From: Polyangiales bacterium | GTDB taxonomy: Bacteria > Myxococcota_A > Polyangia > Polyangiales > Polyangiaceae | DNA length: 64,000 bases | Reading direction: 5' to 3' | Assembly (NCBI GenBank): GCA_038230375.1 | Contig: JBBRNJ010000038.1 | Location: forward strand, 14,721-78,720 | Part shown: positions 61,519 to 64,000 of the stretch, one piece after another | How the letters are laid out: each line of letters opens with the position of its first letter | How positions within the stretch are numbered: the first letter of the stretch is position 1 | The notes under the pieces: model-generated | Told to the model about the DNA's origin: nothing | The model's database searches: none | The model's input: only the letters and a program-made list of their open reading frames with translations | Translations under genes and position numbers: made by a program

Positions 61519-63096
61519 ATGAAGACGTCGTTTCTGGGCATCGTCGCGCTGATTTCGGGGATTTCTGGCTGCGGAATCATTCAATTCCCGGCACTTCAGA
61601 CCAGCGCGGCTTCATTCGACGGCGACGAGTGCAACGAGGTCCGCCAGACGGAAGACGAGGCCCAGAACCAGCACGGCAGTGGCGAGGTCAAGCCCGCGGA
61701 GACCGCGCGCGAGAAGGTGCTCGTCGCGATCTGCCCCGAGACCGAGTTTGGTGCGCACGATGCCGCCGGACGCATGTACTCGGGGACTCGCTATCAGCGA
61801 CGGCACCTGGCGCAGCCCGAAGAGATTCACGCGGCGTTCGACCTCCGGCATCCGGAGATGGTCGACGCCGCGACGCTCGTCATCTACACGGCCGCCTCGC
61901 ACCTGGGCGCCGAGGTGCACGGCCGCCGAGGACGTGCGAACGCGGGCGCGGGCGTGGAGAAGCCGTTCGGCGACGAGCGCGCCGAGAAGATGGAGACCGC
62001 GCTGGGGATGGCAGCTGTCTACGCAACGTTCATCGACGATACGGCGCTCGGGCAAGAGCTCGCGGCCACCGGCCTCGGAGAGCCAGCGCGCGCGCGGTAC
62101 AAGGCGCTCGTGGCAGAGGCGTCACGCGTGGCAGCGGCAGACGTGAACGCGATGAAGCCTGGCGTGCGCAAGGTCGTCTACGACATTCCGCTGGGCATCG
62201 CGAACGCATTGCGTGCAGAATACACGCAGAAAAAGCAGCTGGGCGACATGCTGGACGGCCTTGCGGCGCAGGCTGATCAGGCGCGTGCGGGCAAGGGCGA
62301 CGCGGCGCAGGTCGCGCGCGATCTCACGGCAGTGCGCACGACGCTGTTCAATGCATGCGGCGCGACGGAGGCGTGCACGTATCACCCGCTCTACGTGGAG
62401 GCGACGCACGAGCTCGCCACGCTCTACGTGGCCGCGAAGCTGCCAAAGGAGGCCCGCGCGGAGAGCGCAGTGCTCTCCCGGAAGGATTCGCTGCGGCAGA
62501 CATTCCAGGCGGCGACCTACACCGCGCAGACGGACGCCGGCGCAAAGGCCACGCGGGCGCTGGAGCAGAAGCGCGAGGCCGGCAAGATGGACGCGAAGCT
62601 CGCAAAGGTCATGAGCACCGAGGACGCGGTGAGCTTCTCGTTCGCCAGCTTCTACCGCGCGGATCTCTCCATGCCGTTTCTTGCCAGTGTCATGGAAGGC
62701 GGCGAGCGCGGCCAGAGCCACGCCACGCAGGGCTACGTGCAGAGCGTCACGCCAAAGGGCGACAAGGCGCTCATCGAGTTCCGCACGGAGTACGTGAACG
62801 ACGACGTGCCCGTGAACTGCGTGCGCACCGGCCGCATCGAGCGGATCGATCGCGACGGCAAGATTCAGTACGAGGAAGAGTGTCAGTACCGGACGGACCG
62901 CCGCGCGCTGGACAAGCCCGCCCCGGTCCTTGTCCCGCTGAAGGAGGCCGCAGGCCTCAAAGCCGGAGAGCTCCTCTCCGTCTGGGTGACCGGAAAAGAA
63001 GGCTCCGTCTTCGAGGCCAACGAGCCAAAACAAGGAAGCGGCCTGACCCTCACCCAACTCCGAGGCGACCGGCTGAAGAAACAAACAACCAAGTAG
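61519..63096 (+). CDS. Hypothetical lipoprotein
   Basis: AGGAG RBS, lipobox ISGC, C..TGRIERI..DG.IQY...C motif. Confidence 0.8.
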   Translation: MKTSFLGIVALISGISGCGIIQFPALQTSAASFDGDECNEVRQTEDEAQNQHGSGEVKPAETAREKVLVAICPETEFGAHDAAGRMYSGTRYQRRHLAQPEEIHAAFDLRHPEMVDAATLVIYTAASHLGAEVHGRRGRANAGAGVEKPFGDERAEKMETALGMAAVYATFIDDTALGQELAATGLGEPARARYKALVAEASRVAAADVNAMKPGVRKVVYDIPLGIANALRAEYTQKKQLGDMLDGLAAQADQARAGKGDAAQVARDLTAVRTTLFNACGATEACTYHPLYVEATHELATLYVAAKLPKEARAESAVLSRKDSLRQTFQAATYTAQTDAGAKATRALEQKREAGKMDAKLAKVMSTEDAVSFSFASFYRADLSMPFLASVMEGGERGQSHATQGYVQSVTPKGDKALIEFRTEYVNDDVPVNCVRTGRIERIDRDGKIQYEEECQYRTDRRALDKPAPVLVPLKEAAGLKAGELLSVWVTGKEGSVFEANEPKQGSGLTLTQLRGDRLKKQTTK

Positions 63097-63097
63097 G

Positions 63098-63550
63098 TCA
63101 GGCTCGGAGATACTCGACTACGGCTCGACTGTCGCCCGTGAGCATCGAGTGTGGGTTGTCGTCGTCGATCACGCCGGTGCGGGCGATCTGGGAGACCACG
63201 AGCCCTGCGTTGCGGAGCTGTAGTGGGGTCCCCTCGTGGATGCGCACATGCTGGCCGCGCTTCAGCTCCACGGCGAAGACGCGACGGCGCGCGGGCGCGG
63301 GGCTCGAGAGGTCGACCACCACGAAGTCACCCGCGAAGCCGCGCTGGTGCGTGCGATAGAGCCACATCTGGCTCTGCACAAGGAGCAGCGCACGCGCGAA
63401 CGAGAGCTCGTCCTCGGTCATCGCGAACGCGTACGTGGTCTCCGTCACTGCGTGACGGGGGACCAGCGGAGAACGCTGCACGATGCGACGAACGATGTCA
63501 CGACGCGCGAGCGCCGCACGAGAGAGCTTGAAGAAAGTAGGGGAAGACAT
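63098..63550 (-). CDS. Small PD-(D/E)xK-like protein, 150 aa
   Basis: AGGAG just upstream of ATG. Motif order E(TEDEL)...GDFVVVD...AVELK...QL. Confidence 0.7.
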   Translation of the reverse strand: MSSPTFFKLSRAALARRDIVRRIVQRSPLVPRHAVTETTYAFAMTEDELSFARALLLVQSQMWLYRTHQRGFAGDFVVVDLSSPAPARRRVFAVELKRGQHVRIHEGTPLQLRNAGLVVSQIARTGVIDDDNPHSMLTGDSRAVVEYLRA

Positions 63551-63852
63551 GGGCTCCTGGCCCTTCTGCTGGAGGAGCGCCGAATGAAAATACCGTCGAC
63601 GAAAGTGGCCCGATATTGAAGCGCCTGCGAGCCTTCGAAGCCATGACTCCGTGAAGAGGCATGGTCTCTCGTTCTCGCAGGTGCTTCGACGGCGCATTGA
63701 CGAAGGTGATTGCTCACCCGCGTCCGCTCGCCCCGCTCTTGCCGTTTCCAGCGCTGTTTCCAGTGGGACCCGTGAGGGTCCGAGAGCCATCGCAGGTTCG
63801 CCATGCGCGGAGAATTGCGTTTTCCCGCAATCCCCCGCACCGCAGGCGAACT
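63551..63852. ncRNA. Candidate structured RNA / 5' leader (strand unresolved)
   Basis: Dense nested inverted repeats, several with GNRA loops (see findings). Confidence 0.45.
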
Positions 63853-63862
63853 TAACTACCTT

Positions 63863-64000
63863 AGGGCGCGCGAATGGGCTTGTCGATCGAGTGGGGTGCG
63901 AGAAAGTGCATTTAGGGGATCGACAGAGCGGGGCTGAAATGATCTACGTTCGACATGGACGCCGAGAAACTCGTTCGCCAGAAGTGGCGCCAGTTGAAGG
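63863..64000 (+). mobile_element. Possible left end of an ISAzo13-like IS; CDS start at 63955 (partial)
   Basis: MDAEKLVRQKWRQLK resembles ISAzo13-type transposase N-termini as recalled. Candidate IR AGGGCGCGCGAAT. Only 15 codons are visible. Confidence 0.35.

Noticed and set aside
63551..63790. N-terminal coding extension of the 63098 ORF
   Set aside because: Poor codon bias. An AGGAG sits just before ATG 63550.
63551..63852. Cobalamin riboswitch, group I intron, attC site or hammerhead as the identity of the structured region
   Set aside because: Only fragments match (CCACTG, ATTGCGGGAA). The remaining conserved elements are missing, GTT/AAC are in the wrong order for attC, and there is no CUGAnGA core.

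Overview
GC-rich chromosomal window. Gene content (several eukaryotic-like Ser/Thr kinases, many Cys/Gly-rich lipoproteins, DUF4132 and V4R-type proteins) points to a myxobacterium, probably Polyangiales; this is an inference. About 65 CDSs are supported. Housekeeping genes include sthA (partial), smpB, cysE, ilvE, hflX, an ABC-F ATPase, Sua5, an S1-domain protein and a GPAT-like acyltransferase. Clusters include a MoxR/DUF58/RDD/SpoIIM operon, a DUF4266-DUF3570-cytochrome c operon and an aromatic-acid CoA operon. No rRNA, tRNA, tmRNA or CRISPR array was seen. The best candidates for new biology are: (1) a ~300-nt hairpin-rich leader that sequesters the RBS of a small PD-(D/E)xK-like protein at 63.1-63.85 kb; (2) a TGT with altered RNA-contact residues, translationally coupled to an MnmC-type methyltransferase; (3) a putative beta-barrel/cytochrome c module; (4) an OYE-type oxidoreductase fused to an FN3 domain; (5) dispersed (GACCTC)n tracts sharing one strand orientation. 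All family calls come from motif recognition by eye. No database search or folding program was run.
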